A stretch of DNA of 39,390 nt from a virus (Duplodnaviria; Caudoviricetes), in the IMG/VR virus record IMGVR_UViG_3300020045_006008, positions 1 through 39,390 of that record. One strand, written 5' to 3'. A program made the translations under genes and the position numbers. Below are positions 1 to 7,705 of the stretch, piece by piece (position 1 is the stretch's first letter; the number at the start of each line of letters is the position of its first letter). The notes beneath the pieces were generated by a model that saw only the letters and a list, made by a program, of their open reading frames with translations, was not told the DNA's origin and made no database searches.

Positions 1-121
1 AGATTTTGTATAAGTAGCGTGTCCGTCTGCATCTGCTGAATATTCATCAGCTTTATCTTTTATAATAAAAGTCACAAACTCTATTGAGCCGTCATCAAAA
101 CGAGTTGATTTGCTTTTGATA
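1..121. repeat. Terminal direct repeat, copy 1 (circular assembly overlap)
   Basis: 1-121 is identical to 39270-39390, and one ORF reads in frame across the junction. Confidence 0.97.
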
Positions 122-255
122 GATGCTCTAGGATTTTCCTCTCTGAATTGCTTTAACCTATCTGCAACACGGGCCAAGTCAATAGTTAATGTTCGTTCAG
201 CCCCACTTTTATCTTTGTACTTCTTCTCTATACGAGTTGTCTTTACGTTTGCCAT
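1..255 (-). CDS. N-terminal part of a putative single-strand annealing recombinase (Rad52/Sak-like SSAP) spanning the origin; full protein ~181 aa
   Basis: ATG at 255 with GAGG SD; MANVKTTRIEKK...ARVADRLKQFREENP...FVTFIIKDKADEY continues in frame into 38979-39269; lies upstream of YqaJ. Confidence 0.65.
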   Translation of the reverse strand, partial: MANVKTTRIEKKYKDKSGAERTLTIDLARVADRLKQFREENPRASIKSKSTRFDDGSIEFVTFIIKDKADEYSADADGHATYTKS

Positions 256-298
256 TGTATACCTCTTTTCTTATAGGTTTATGGTTTATTACCTTTTA

Positions 299-327
299 AG
301 TGTATCACAGTCGCTTACGTTTTGCAA
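299..327 (-). promoter_or_regulatory. Early leftward sigma70 promoter with operator AAACGTAAGCG (312-322)
   Basis: TTGCAA-17-TACACT; the same 11-mer occurs in two other early promoters. Confidence 0.7.
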
Positions 328-331
328 CCAT

Positions 332-417
332 TGAATATATCTTTTAATCTGTTATAATGTAAGCACAAACCACTCAGTAAGTCTTGCTTAAATGCACCCC
401 TTTCGGCTGAGTGGTCT
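332..417 (+). promoter_or_regulatory. Rightward promoter and 5' leader hairpin
   Basis: TTGAAT-16-TATAAT with TG extension, then an ACCACTCAG...CTGAGTGGT inverted repeat. Confidence 0.55.
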
Positions 418-488
418 TGTATTATGATATTATAGATTTATATTGTACTTTTACATCACCGCAAAGTTTAGTTTAGGAGAGTTTAGTT

Positions 489-866
489 ATGAAAAAATCA
501 GATTCACAAATAGTGTTTATAGATGGCAAAAAAGGGGTAAGTGGTGACTTCCCAGTAGCAGTTTGTTACACACAGACATACCAAGAAGATATGCCAAGTA
601 TCCTAGTAGTAGACCCAATATTAGATGAAAAATTAGTTAGAAATCTATATGGTCGTATTATGACGCTGCTAGAAGCAACCACCGAACAATACAAGTTAAA
701 ATCAGTTAAGGATTTGTTTAGTAAAGAATTGACCGACTGGAAAGATAGCATATTTGCATCTGCTCGTGAGTTAGCTGAGTCAGACGGAAACCCAATCCGT
801 TGGGATAATGTATACAGGCGATACTCAGACACACCAGTCTTAGCCCAGGAAAGAATAGAACAATAA
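489..866 (+). CDS. Hypothetical protein (125 aa) flanked by 13-bp inverted repeats
   Basis: AGGAG SD and intact ORF; ATCACCGCAAAGT at 455-467 with its reverse complement at 877-889. Confidence 0.75.
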   Translation: MKKSDSQIVFIDGKKGVSGDFPVAVCYTQTYQEDMPSILVVDPILDEKLVRNLYGRIMTLLEATTEQYKLKSVKDLFSKELTDWKDSIFASARELAESDGNPIRWDNVYRRYSDTPVLAQERIEQ

Positions 867-896
867 TAATATAATCACTTTGCGGTGATTTAATGG

Positions 897-980
897 TATA
901 ATGTAAGTAACCGAAAAAATGGTTGTACGCCTATATTTTGAGGAATAGATAATCACTCGCAAGGGTGTTTATTTATTTTG
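897..980 (+). ncRNA. Candidate small RNA 1 (promoter to terminator, no ORF)
   Basis: TGG-TATAAT at 894-902; transcript starts near AACCGAAA; ends in CACTC-GCAA-GGGTG hairpin plus T tract. Confidence 0.45.
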
Positions 981-1006
981 CATTAAGTTTATGCTAATAT
1001 CTAATC

Positions 1007-1135
1007 AGTACCGAAACGATCACTTCCTATGGGCAATGACACGTCGGTAAGTACCTAACCTACAAAATATATTAAATAATAGTCTCCCTACTATTATGTG
1101 TATAGCGTCCCGAATAGATACGGGGCGTTATTTTA
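1007..1135 (+). ncRNA. Candidate small RNA 2
   Basis: TGC-TAATAT then 6 nt then AGTACCGAAA; internal TACCGA/TCGGTA pairing; GC hairpin at 1105-1128 plus T tract. Confidence 0.35.
1105..1134. terminator. Intrinsic terminator, probably also serving the convergent HNH gene
   Basis: GCGTCCCG-8nt-CGGGGCGT followed by TATTTT. Confidence 0.6.
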
Positions 1136-1504
1136 TACAAATGGGTTATAGGTATTTTCTTTATTTAGGACCTGTTCTAGAGTAAAAAACCCTCTGGTAA
1201 TAGATGAATGGCAATTAGGGCACAACCTATATATTTTGTCGTGACCACTATGATGTATCTCACTAAGCCAATATCCGCAAGATTCACAGGGTGGGGTATT
1301 TCTCTTTTTTAGTCTCTTAGTTTCCTCGTAGCATGATATGGAATTACGATTATTTCTTACCATACTGCAGTCGAAGCTGCATATTTCTTTATTCTTATAC
1401 TTGGTATAGAATGTAGACCCGCATATAGAGCACACTTTTTCTAAATGATTTATCAACGACCATTCAGTTATTATTTTCTTGGATTTTGGTGTATATTTAT
1501 ACAT
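1133..1504 (-). CDS. HNH endonuclease with zinc-binding motifs
   Basis: CSICG, CSFDC, CESCG...EIHH...LCPNCH; AAGGAGG SD. Confidence 0.8.
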   Translation of the reverse strand: MYKYTPKSKKIITEWSLINHLEKVCSICGSTFYTKYKNKEICSFDCSMVRNNRNSISCYEETKRLKKRNTPPCESCGYWLSEIHHSGHDKIYRLCPNCHSSITRGFFTLEQVLNKENTYNPFV

Positions 1505-1603
1505 AGTAACCTCCTTATTTTGCTTTAGACGGCGATAAGGTGGTTATTTTTTTGTAACCACTTTATAATATAATTATAACATTTTTTAAACATAAATAAT
1601 ATG

Positions 1604-1632
1604 TTGCAACAAATAATAAATTGGCGTATTAT
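1604..1632 (+). promoter_or_regulatory. Sigma70 promoter for the long structured RNA
   Basis: TTGCAA-17-TATTAT; predicted start ~1639 coincides with the first base of an 11-bp hairpin. Confidence 0.65.
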
Positions 1633-1638
1633 TGGTAC

Positions 1639-2040
1639 ATCTGATTGTCTAACCGAAATTGACAATTAGATAATAAGAGGCAAAGTAATAGAGCCTCGTT
1701 TGAAGCTCTATATATTGTCTAACCGAATTACTATAATAATAGCATACTAGGTTTACTTATTCAATAGTTATGGGGAGTCGCTGACTGTTGCCTTCTAAGC
1801 GTAACTATAAAACAGCTTAGTAAATACAGCTCAACGTTTTAGGCTATCGTAAAGCTTGCTTTGTACTGATGAAAGTAAAACACAGCGTTCTTTAACAAAT
1901 ATATAGATGAATGAATAAGTTAAACTTTTTGTTTCTAGTGGTTAAAGCTACTAATAGCAGGGGAGTTAGTATTAAAGCATTCTCTGATATTGATACTAAG
2001 CACCTACATCAGGTATAGCTTAAATAATAACTCCCCGAGA
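1639..2040 (+). ncRNA. Long structured non-coding RNA or leader (candidate origin/attenuator RNA)
   Basis: No long ORF; hairpin 1639-1671; ACTTATTCA(1755-1763)/TGAATAAGT(1912-1920); GGGGAGTTA(1960-1968)/TAACTCCCC(2028-2036); boxA-like CGTTCTTTAACA at 1886-1897. Confidence 0.55.
1680..1729 (-). ncRNA. Candidate ~50-nt cis-antisense RNA
   Basis: TTGAAT-17-TATTAT on the minus strand (1764-1736); RNA begins near UUCGGUUAGACAAU, complementary to both copies of the 14-bp repeat (1644-1657, 1714-1727); ends in a TAGAGC/GCTCTA hairpin. Confidence 0.5.
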
Positions 2041-2102
2041 CTACGGACAGATTAAAAAAAGGGAGTATTTAATAATGTCCAAAAAGTGCTAGAATAAAGC
2101 TC

Positions 2103-2381
2103 ATGGATAACATTTTTTGTGATATTTGTAGTAAAAAGATAGACGGTGATGTTCTTGGTAGCCGTGGTAATTATCTTTGCGAGAAATGTTTTGAGAAGCC
2201 TAATAGAAACCAGTTGATGTCTAAAAGAAAACGTGACTTTTATGCCGATCGTCGTGACTGGAACATAAAGGCTAAAGAATATAACCATCGTGCTGGTAGT
2301 AAGTATGAAATTAAGCCTCGTGTGACCTCACCAGAAGCCCCACAAGCTCGCCCAGACGCAAAGTGGCATCATGTATCATAA
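2103..2381 (+). CDS. Small zinc-finger protein
   Basis: CDIC...CEKC followed by a basic region. Confidence 0.65.
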   Translation: MDNIFCDICSKKIDGDVLGSRGNYLCEKCFEKPNRNQLMSKRKRDFYADRRDWNIKAKEYNHRAGSKYEIKPRVTSPEAPQARPDAKWHHVS

Positions 2382-2397
2382 AGAAAAGAACGCCTGT

Positions 2398-2799
2398 TTA
2401 CCTCGCTAGTTTATTATATTCTTCGTCGCACTGTTTATAGATACCTAAATCCACTAGCCTTAAAATATACCCGCCAGTTTTTCTTATCTTAAGGTTTTCT
2501 TCCTCCCAATAAGCCTGTTCTAGTCTGTCCATAGCCTGCTTGGGTGTTGGTAATGGGCAATATGAGTATCTTTCGTGCTTCCATTGGTGGACATCTTTGA
2601 ATAACACATCTTGGTGAGATTCTAGGTTTCTGAAGCAATTAAAAAGAACCGACCTACCGAAGCTTCTTCCAGTGAAGCACCTGTGGTCGTTATTTTTATT
2701 CTCTCTTTTGTCGGATAAGTGTGTTTCTGGTAGCCATATCTCATTCTTATCTACTGGACAACCAAATCTGTCTAATGGGTAGGCTCGTTCAAAGCTCAT
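2398..2799 (-). CDS. Hypothetical protein
   Basis: Intact ORF overlapping the upstream gene; start likely MSFERAY. Confidence 0.7.
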   Translation of the reverse strand: MSFERAYPLDRFGCPVDKNEIWLPETHLSDKRENKNNDHRCFTGRSFGRSVLFNCFRNLESHQDVLFKDVHQWKHERYSYCPLPTPKQAMDRLEQAYWEEENLKIRKTGGYILRLVDLGIYKQCDEEYNKLAR

Positions 2800-3103
2800 C
2801 TTTAAACTCCTCATCTTCAGGTATGAATTGGATTTGGATTTGGTCTACGTCTATGCCGTATTTATCAGCGTAAACTTGTCTAAGATAGGCATACATGGTG
2901 TCCAGCTCTTCACCTCTATCTATCACCTTTTCCATTTCAACGACAAGTTTCATCTGCTCAGCGACAGTATTAACTAGGACTTCGGCTAGTTCGGTGTCGT
3001 CCATTTCGGTCAGTTGTCTAATAGTTTCTTTCTTTTCTCGTTCAAGTTCAAGTTCGGCAAACTTTTTAATCTCTTTAGAGAACTCCATAGCCAGTTCTCT
3101 CAT
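2789..3103 (-). CDS. Hypothetical acidic helical protein
   Basis: ORF in a tightly packed operon. Confidence 0.7.
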   Translation of the reverse strand: MRELAMEFSKEIKKFAELELEREKKETIRQLTEMDDTELAEVLVNTVAEQMKLVVEMEKVIDRGEELDTMYAYLRQVYADKYGIDVDQIQIQFIPEDEEFKDEL

Positions 3104-3284
3104 TTAAGATTTTCATAGCTATGCCTAAATCACTTTCAAGTCGTAACGTATAAGACAAGTCCATTTCTTCTCGCCTTTTATAGGCGGCGTTTATAAACTC
3201 AATTAAAGTGTCTAATTTCATCGTTCTAAATATAGTTTCGCTATCAGACTTTTCGCTGGATTTCTCTGGGCTAAATTGTTCCAT
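3075..3284 (-). CDS. Hypothetical protein
   Basis: TAATG coupling with the upstream ORF at 3282-3286. Confidence 0.65.
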   Translation of the reverse strand: MEQFSPEKSSEKSDSETIFRTMKLDTLIEFINAAYKRREEMDLSYTLRLESDLGIAMKILNERTGYGVL

Positions 3285-3433
3285 TACTTCCACCAATCTG
3301 ATTTACCGAAGTAAACATCTTTAATATCTTTTCGGTGAAGCATAAATAAAATCGCCCCAATTAGAGCGACAGTTATAAGTAATACGCCAAATACGGCACA
3401 AATCCAAGTAGTTACATCTAATAGAATTTCCAT
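3284..3433 (-). CDS. Small single-TM membrane protein (49 aa, not in ORF track)
   Basis: MEILLDVTTWICAVFGVLLITVALIGAILFMLHRKD...WWK; GGGGG SD; follows the holin. Confidence 0.7.
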   Translation of the reverse strand: MEILLDVTTWICAVFGVLLITVALIGAILFMLHRKDIKDVYFGKSDWWK

Positions 3434-3448
3434 ATTGAACCCCCTAGT

Positions 3449-3640
3449 TTATAAAGATGTTTTGTTAGTTGGTGAATTGATAACGCCAAAGCTTGCTAAT
3501 AGTGTAAGGATAAACGCAATTATGTCCGTAAGTGTTTTAGACATACCTGTATCTATAAGCCCAGCACCTAGTAAAAATGCCACGATTGCACTAAATAGTC
3601 CACCCCATAAGACTGGGCTTTTCCATCTTGATTGATACAT
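3449..3640 (-). CDS. Holin (2 TM, phiLC3/Phage_holin_1-like)
   Basis: RWKSPVLW...two hydrophobic helices...GVINSPT; TAATG overlap with the endolysin. Confidence 0.8.
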   Translation of the reverse strand: MYQSRWKSPVLWGGLFSAIVAFLLGAGLIDTGMSKTLTDIIAFILTLLASFGVINSPTNKTSL

Positions 3641-4491
3641 TATTGCTTCCCCTTCCCTTGCATAAAAGCAAGTATTACGTTCCAAAGTTGCTTTAGAACC
3701 GAGATAAATGTGTGGTCGCTAGCGTGCTGTGCATTGGCAGCAGCTTCAGCAGCTAGTTTTTCGGCAGCAATACGTTCAGCTTCAGTGCGCTTAGCTTCTT
3801 CAATGGCTTCTAGGCGAGCATTCTCAGCAATACGAGCTATCTCAGCCTGTTTCTCAGCCTCTATGCGAGCTAGGTTGGCTAATCTGTCGGCTTCGGCTTT
3901 TTCAGCAGCGGCTTTAGCAGCAGCAATCGCTGTGTCAGATGCAATCTGTTCAAGTGATTTACCTCTAGGAACTTTTAGGAAGTCAGCAATACCACAGGCA
4001 ATGGCGTAAGCATCTAGGTAATCATCAGCATCAGTAATTGAATCAACGTCAATAAAGCGAGCCTCAATAAGGACAGACTCAGCCTGAACACCAGTAATCC
4101 AGCCTAATGGTGAGTAGTTATTAATGTCCTTAACGCCTCGGCTTCGTAAACCAGTGATAGAGTTCATAGCCTTTAAGATGGTTTCGGCAAGCAACATTTG
4201 TGCTTCAAAAGCTGTAGTCCAGATTTCATTGCCAGTACCACCACCAGCGTTACGGTGAACCTGTATAGCATAGCCCTCGTAAAGTTTAAGGTTAGCGTTA
4301 GCCCAGTTAATCTCGGCTTGTAGGTTACCAACATTATTTGGCATATAGATTGTGTCAATTCCCCAAGTTTTCAAGTAGTAAACAATCCTATCGCACATAC
4401 GGACGTTATCAACGGCTTCTTGCTGACCTTGACCGATTGCGCCTGGGTCTAGTCCTGGTTGATGTCCTGCACTGATGAGGATTTTTGACAT
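3640..4491 (-). CDS. Endolysin, N-acetylmuramoyl-L-alanine amidase (Amidase_3) with Ala/Glu-rich helical C-terminus
   Basis: ISAGH..DPGA...QE, QVHRNA, GNEIW, SVLIE zinc-amidase motifs; AAGGAG SD. Confidence 0.9.
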   Translation of the reverse strand: MSKILISAGHQPGLDPGAIGQGQQEAVDNVRMCDRIVYYLKTWGIDTIYMPNNVGNLQAEINWANANLKLYEGYAIQVHRNAGGGTGNEIWTTAFEAQMLLAETILKAMNSITGLRSRGVKDINNYSPLGWITGVQAESVLIEARFIDVDSITDADDYLDAYAIACGIADFLKVPRGKSLEQIASDTAIAAAKAAAEKAEADRLANLARIEAEKQAEIARIAENARLEAIEEAKRTEAERIAAEKLAAEAAANAQHASDHTFISVLKQLWNVILAFMQGKGKQ

Positions 4492-4533
4492 ATTCAAACT
4501 CCTTTAATTAACCTTAATATATCACGCTAGAGG

Positions 4534-4941
4534 CTATTTTTCAATGGAGTGTCTGACAATTTGTTCGTCAACTGTCTGAGACTCAATGTGTTGTTCTTTC
4601 ATCATTTCTTGGTAACACTTAAGATTTCGGTCAATCATTTCTTGACTTTTAATCTGTAATTCAGCTAGATGCCCATTACGGGTCTTAGCTTCGTCAGCTA
4701 TTCGTGTCTGGGCTTCAGTGTTTTTTTTGGAAGCCTCGACTAATTGTTGCTGAGTATCGGTATTCTTTTGGACAACTTCCGTGAGCAGTTTAATGGTTTC
4801 AGCATTTATTTTGCTAACAACTTCACGTTCTAATCTATCTTGTTTGCGGTGGTTAGCGTCTACTTTTGCGTAAATGCCGAGTATGCCACCTATGAGTAAA
4901 CTTACTGCCCCGATTATGATACCTGCGTCGTTAGCTTCCAT
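4534..4941 (-). CDS. Membrane-anchored coiled-coil protein of the lysis cassette
   Basis: N-terminal TM (GIIIGAVSLLIGGILGIY) then coiled coil; directly upstream of the endolysin. Confidence 0.65.
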   Translation of the reverse strand: MEANDAGIIIGAVSLLIGGILGIYAKVDANHRKQDRLEREVVSKINAETIKLLTEVVQKNTDTQQQLVEASKKNTEAQTRIADEAKTRNGHLAELQIKSQEMIDRNLKCYQEMMKEQHIESQTVDEQIVRHSIEK

Positions 4942-4965
4942 GCACTCATTCCTGTGTTAAATAAT

Positions 4966-5028
4966 AAAAAAGATAGCCACTGGGCTATCCACTAAACCTA
5001 TAGTAGCTTGTTGTCCAGACTTTAACAA
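4966..5028 (-). promoter_or_regulatory. Late promoter plus conserved hairpin leader (lysis operon copy)
   Basis: TTGTTA-17-TACTAT-6-AGTGGATAGCC CAGT GGCTATC TTTTTT. Confidence 0.7.
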
Positions 5029-5117
5029 TATGCTAGACTGATTTTATGGTAACCACGAAGAACTTTATTAAGTCAAAAGCCGACCTTTCTTCGTGGTTAG
5101 GTCGGCTTTTTATCTAA
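5011..5117 (+). promoter_or_regulatory. Chaperonin operon promoter and attenuator-like leader with 23-codon uORF
   Basis: TTGTCC-17-TAGACT-6-ATG(5046); terminator stem 5075-5086/5099-5110 whose loop is the exact complement of 5050-5062. Confidence 0.6.
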
Positions 5118-5129
5118 TAAAGGGGATAT

Positions 5130-5516
5130 ATGGCACTACACGCAGTAAACGATAGATTCAAAGTATTAGTCGCAACTGACGACTATGGCTTTGGTGGCGA
5201 AGCGAAAGGTACAGAGACGGGTATTGTGGTAGAAGTACCAGACATTATGATTTACTTGTCTTTTCATAGTTTTGCATTTGAAGATTCGATTGTAAACGAT
5301 GAGAAACTTAAGAAAATACAGGAATATTACGCACAATTTTTAAACAAGCGTGTCTATTGGGAAACTTTCCAAGACCGAGGGCGCAGAATTAAAGAGGGCA
5401 ATAAGGATTATGTTTATTTACAAATGACTGACCTACTTGCTTATTCAGATGACGCAGAAAATGACGCATATTTAGTCGATCAAACCGGCAAAGCTGGATC
5501 GTTTAACCTAGAATAG
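5130..5516 (+). CDS. Divergent GroES-like co-chaperonin (128 aa)
   Basis: LHAVNDRFKV resembles GroES PLxDRVxV; ETGIVVEV; C-terminal YVYLQMTDLLAY; immediately upstream of GroEL. Confidence 0.6.
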   Translation: MALHAVNDRFKVLVATDDYGFGGEAKGTETGIVVEVPDIMIYLSFHSFAFEDSIVNDEKLKKIQEYYAQFLNKRVYWETFQDRGRRIKEGNKDYVYLQMTDLLAYSDDAENDAYLVDQTGKAGSFNLE

Positions 5517-5525
5517 GAGATTACA

Positions 5526-7076
5526 ATGGCTACACAAAAAGAGAACAGAATATTATTAGACGAAAATGAGATGCGTACCAAAATAATGGAAGGTATCGAG
5601 GCATCATATCAGGCTGTGGCTACGACTTACGGCCCACGAGGTATGAATTACTTACTAGAAAAAGGCTTTGGTCGTCCAATCCTAACGAGGGACGGCGTAA
5701 CTGTCGCCCGTGATGTGTTCTTTTCAGACCGAGGTAAGAACATGGGCGCACAAATATCACTTGAGGCTGCCGAGGCTACTAACCGAACGGCTGGCGATGG
5801 CACTTCCCAGACTGTAGTCATAAATCGAAATCTATTCAAGAACGGCCTAAAAGCTATCGCCTCTGGCAAGCACCCGATGGAAGTCAAAGAGATGATTATA
5901 AAAGACTCTCGCACTATCCTAGAGGCTCTTAAAGATATGGCCATACCAGTTAAAGACGAACAGCTTAAAGACGTGGCTACTATATCGGCTGGCGACCCAC
6001 TTATTGGGCAGCTAATAGCTGAGGCTATCCTGTATGTCGGGGCAGATGGTGGCATATTGACCGAAAAGGCCCTAATTGAGGAAGTTGAGCGTGAGTACGT
6101 CGATGGATATTACTTGCAGAGTGGTTTTACAGCCCTACAGTCGGGCAAGAAAGAAATAGCCGACCCACTAGTCATTGTGAGCCAGAAACGCCTCACATCA
6201 GGCCCAGACGCTTTTGAGATATTAACCCAGACGGCTAAGGTAAGTGGATTTAAGCCAGGTGAGATACCTCGTATGTTATTTATAGGGAATATTGAAGATG
6301 CCGCCTACAACGTGATTGTTGAGAATATTAATCGTGGCACTATCGACGCTGTTATTATCAAGACCCCACCATCGTTTGGCGAGATGGGCAAAAGGCTGCT
6401 TGAGGACATCGCCATCTATGCCGGTTGCCAAGTAATAACTGAAAGTACAAATATAAAGATGTTTACGTCTAACTTTGTTGGTCATGTTGATAAGGTTATC
6501 GCAGGTAAAAGTGAATCCACTCTGTTTGCAGATAACACTACCGAGGCAATACAAATCCGAGTGGCCGAACTACGTGACCAAATTGCAAGCGAGCCAATTG
6601 ATTCTGTATCTGAGAAACTTCGAGACCGAGTGGCTAAGCTTGAGGGCAAAGTTGCTATCTTCCGTATAGGTGGCGCAACTGATACCGAAAAAGAAGAGTT
6701 GGAGTTCAGAATTGAAGATGCTATTAACTCGACACGACACGCTTATGAAGATGGCATTGTCGCAGGTGGTGGCGTAACATTAGTCCAACTTAGCAAGCTA
6801 GATATATCTGAATTATTTAAAAACGCCCTACTTGATACCGTTAAAAGGTTAATCAGCAACGCTAACTATTCGCCAGATGTCAAATTAAACGAGATATTTA
6901 ATGCACCACAAGGCATGGGTTTTAACCTTAAGGTCAGCGATGAACTAGTCGATGTCTTTAAATCTGGCGTGATTGATGCCTATGTAACCGTCCGAGAAGT
7001 GATTAAAAACGCATCAAGCGCAGCTAGTGGCGCATTGACAGTTGGTGGTGCTAGCTTGTTTGAAGATAAGGAATAA
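5526..7076 (+). CDS. groEL: GroEL-family chaperonin (Cpn60)
   Basis: TYGPRGMN, TRDGVTVA, AGDGTSQT, VATISA, ERxAKL-like RDRVAKLEGKVAIFRIGG, RIEDAIN, GIVAGGG, GVID motifs. Confidence 0.95.
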   Translation: MATQKENRILLDENEMRTKIMEGIEASYQAVATTYGPRGMNYLLEKGFGRPILTRDGVTVARDVFFSDRGKNMGAQISLEAAEATNRTAGDGTSQTVVINRNLFKNGLKAIASGKHPMEVKEMIIKDSRTILEALKDMAIPVKDEQLKDVATISAGDPLIGQLIAEAILYVGADGGILTEKALIEEVEREYVDGYYLQSGFTALQSGKKEIADPLVIVSQKRLTSGPDAFEILTQTAKVSGFKPGEIPRMLFIGNIEDAAYNVIVENINRGTIDAVIIKTPPSFGEMGKRLLEDIAIYAGCQVITESTNIKMFTSNFVGHVDKVIAGKSESTLFADNTTEAIQIRVAELRDQIASEPIDSVSEKLRDRVAKLEGKVAIFRIGGATDTEKEELEFRIEDAINSTRHAYEDGIVAGGGVTLVQLSKLDISELFKNALLDTVKRLISNANYSPDVKLNEIFNAPQGMGFNLKVSDELVDVFKSGVIDAYVTVREVIKNASSAASGALTVGGASLFEDKE

Positions 7077-7077
7077 T

Positions 7078-7314
7078 ATGCAGTGGGTCGCTTGGGTTTT
7101 ATCTATCGCTCTAGCGTTCTTTATAGGCTATAAACTGAACAAGATTGAATCCACAATAAGGGGTCTATCAGAATCTGTCAGTAAGAAGAAAGACGTTGAG
7201 CCTATGAAGTCTAACGACACGGTGATAATAGACCCTCTCGACCCTATCCAGCAAGCAATCTATGAGCGTAGGCAAATGATGAAAGGTCTAAATGGTGATG
7301 ACTACGAAGAATAA
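7078..7314 (+). CDS. Small membrane-anchored protein
   Basis: MQWVAWVLSIALAFFIGY TM; starts 1 nt after the groEL stop. Confidence 0.7.
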   Translation: MQWVAWVLSIALAFFIGYKLNKIESTIRGLSESVSKKKDVEPMKSNDTVIIDPLDPIQQAIYERRQMMKGLNGDDYEE

Positions 7315-7525
7315 AATAGCCATTATACGAAATGGCAAGATTATATATGATACCGACCCAACTATAAGTAAACCAAATGAAATGAGCGCCCGACACTTTA
7401 GGGAATCGGAACGCTCGAAATACCGCAGAGAACTTACTCAGCCTAATGACGTGAACTTTGCTAAGGCGTACCCTGACAAGTTTAAAGAAATGTATGGCGA
7501 TGAAACGTACAGATTAGCTAGTTAA
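7298..7525 (+). CDS. Hypothetical protein, last gene of the chaperonin operon
   Basis: ORF overlapping the previous gene. Confidence 0.65.
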   Translation: MTTKNKIAIIRNGKIIYDTDPTISKPNEMSARHFRESERSKYRRELTQPNDVNFAKAYPDKFKEMYGDETYRLAS

Positions 7526-7695
7526 TCTTCTGATTCTTCTTTTTTCTTAGATTCCATGCGCTCGTGCATCTTGGTTTCATGCTTGCCATTATCCATTTCA
7601 TCATCTTTTTTACTTTTTTTGGATAAATTAGCCATCTTCTTTTTACCGTACATTTTTCGACCGATGAATCCCTCTATACCTGGTTTTTTGTCCAT
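7522..7695 (-). CDS. Small highly charged protein with FIGRKMYGKKK motif
   Basis: AAAGGAG SD; 57 aa; motif shared with 15627-15785. Confidence 0.7.
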   Translation of the reverse strand: MDKKPGIEGFIGRKMYGKKKMANLSKKSKKDDEMDNGKHETKMHERMESKKKEESED

Positions 7696-7705
7696 ATTAT
7701 CTCCT

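Noticed and set aside
1-121. 121-bp repeat as a physical direct terminal repeat of the virion DNA
   Set aside because: It falls mid-gene and its length looks like an assembler k-mer overlap; treated as a circularisation artefact
455-467. Resemblance of ATCACCGCAA to lambda OR/OL operators
   Set aside because: No CI/Cro-like gene and the 17-bp symmetry is incomplete; probably coincidental
894-1730. ACCGAA repeats as a mini-CRISPR array or iterons
   Set aside because: Repeats are short, irregularly spaced and embedded in hairpins; no cas or rep gene
1866-1880. CTGATGA hammerhead ribozyme core
   Set aside because: No stem II followed by GAAA, and no stem III/UH arrangement could be built
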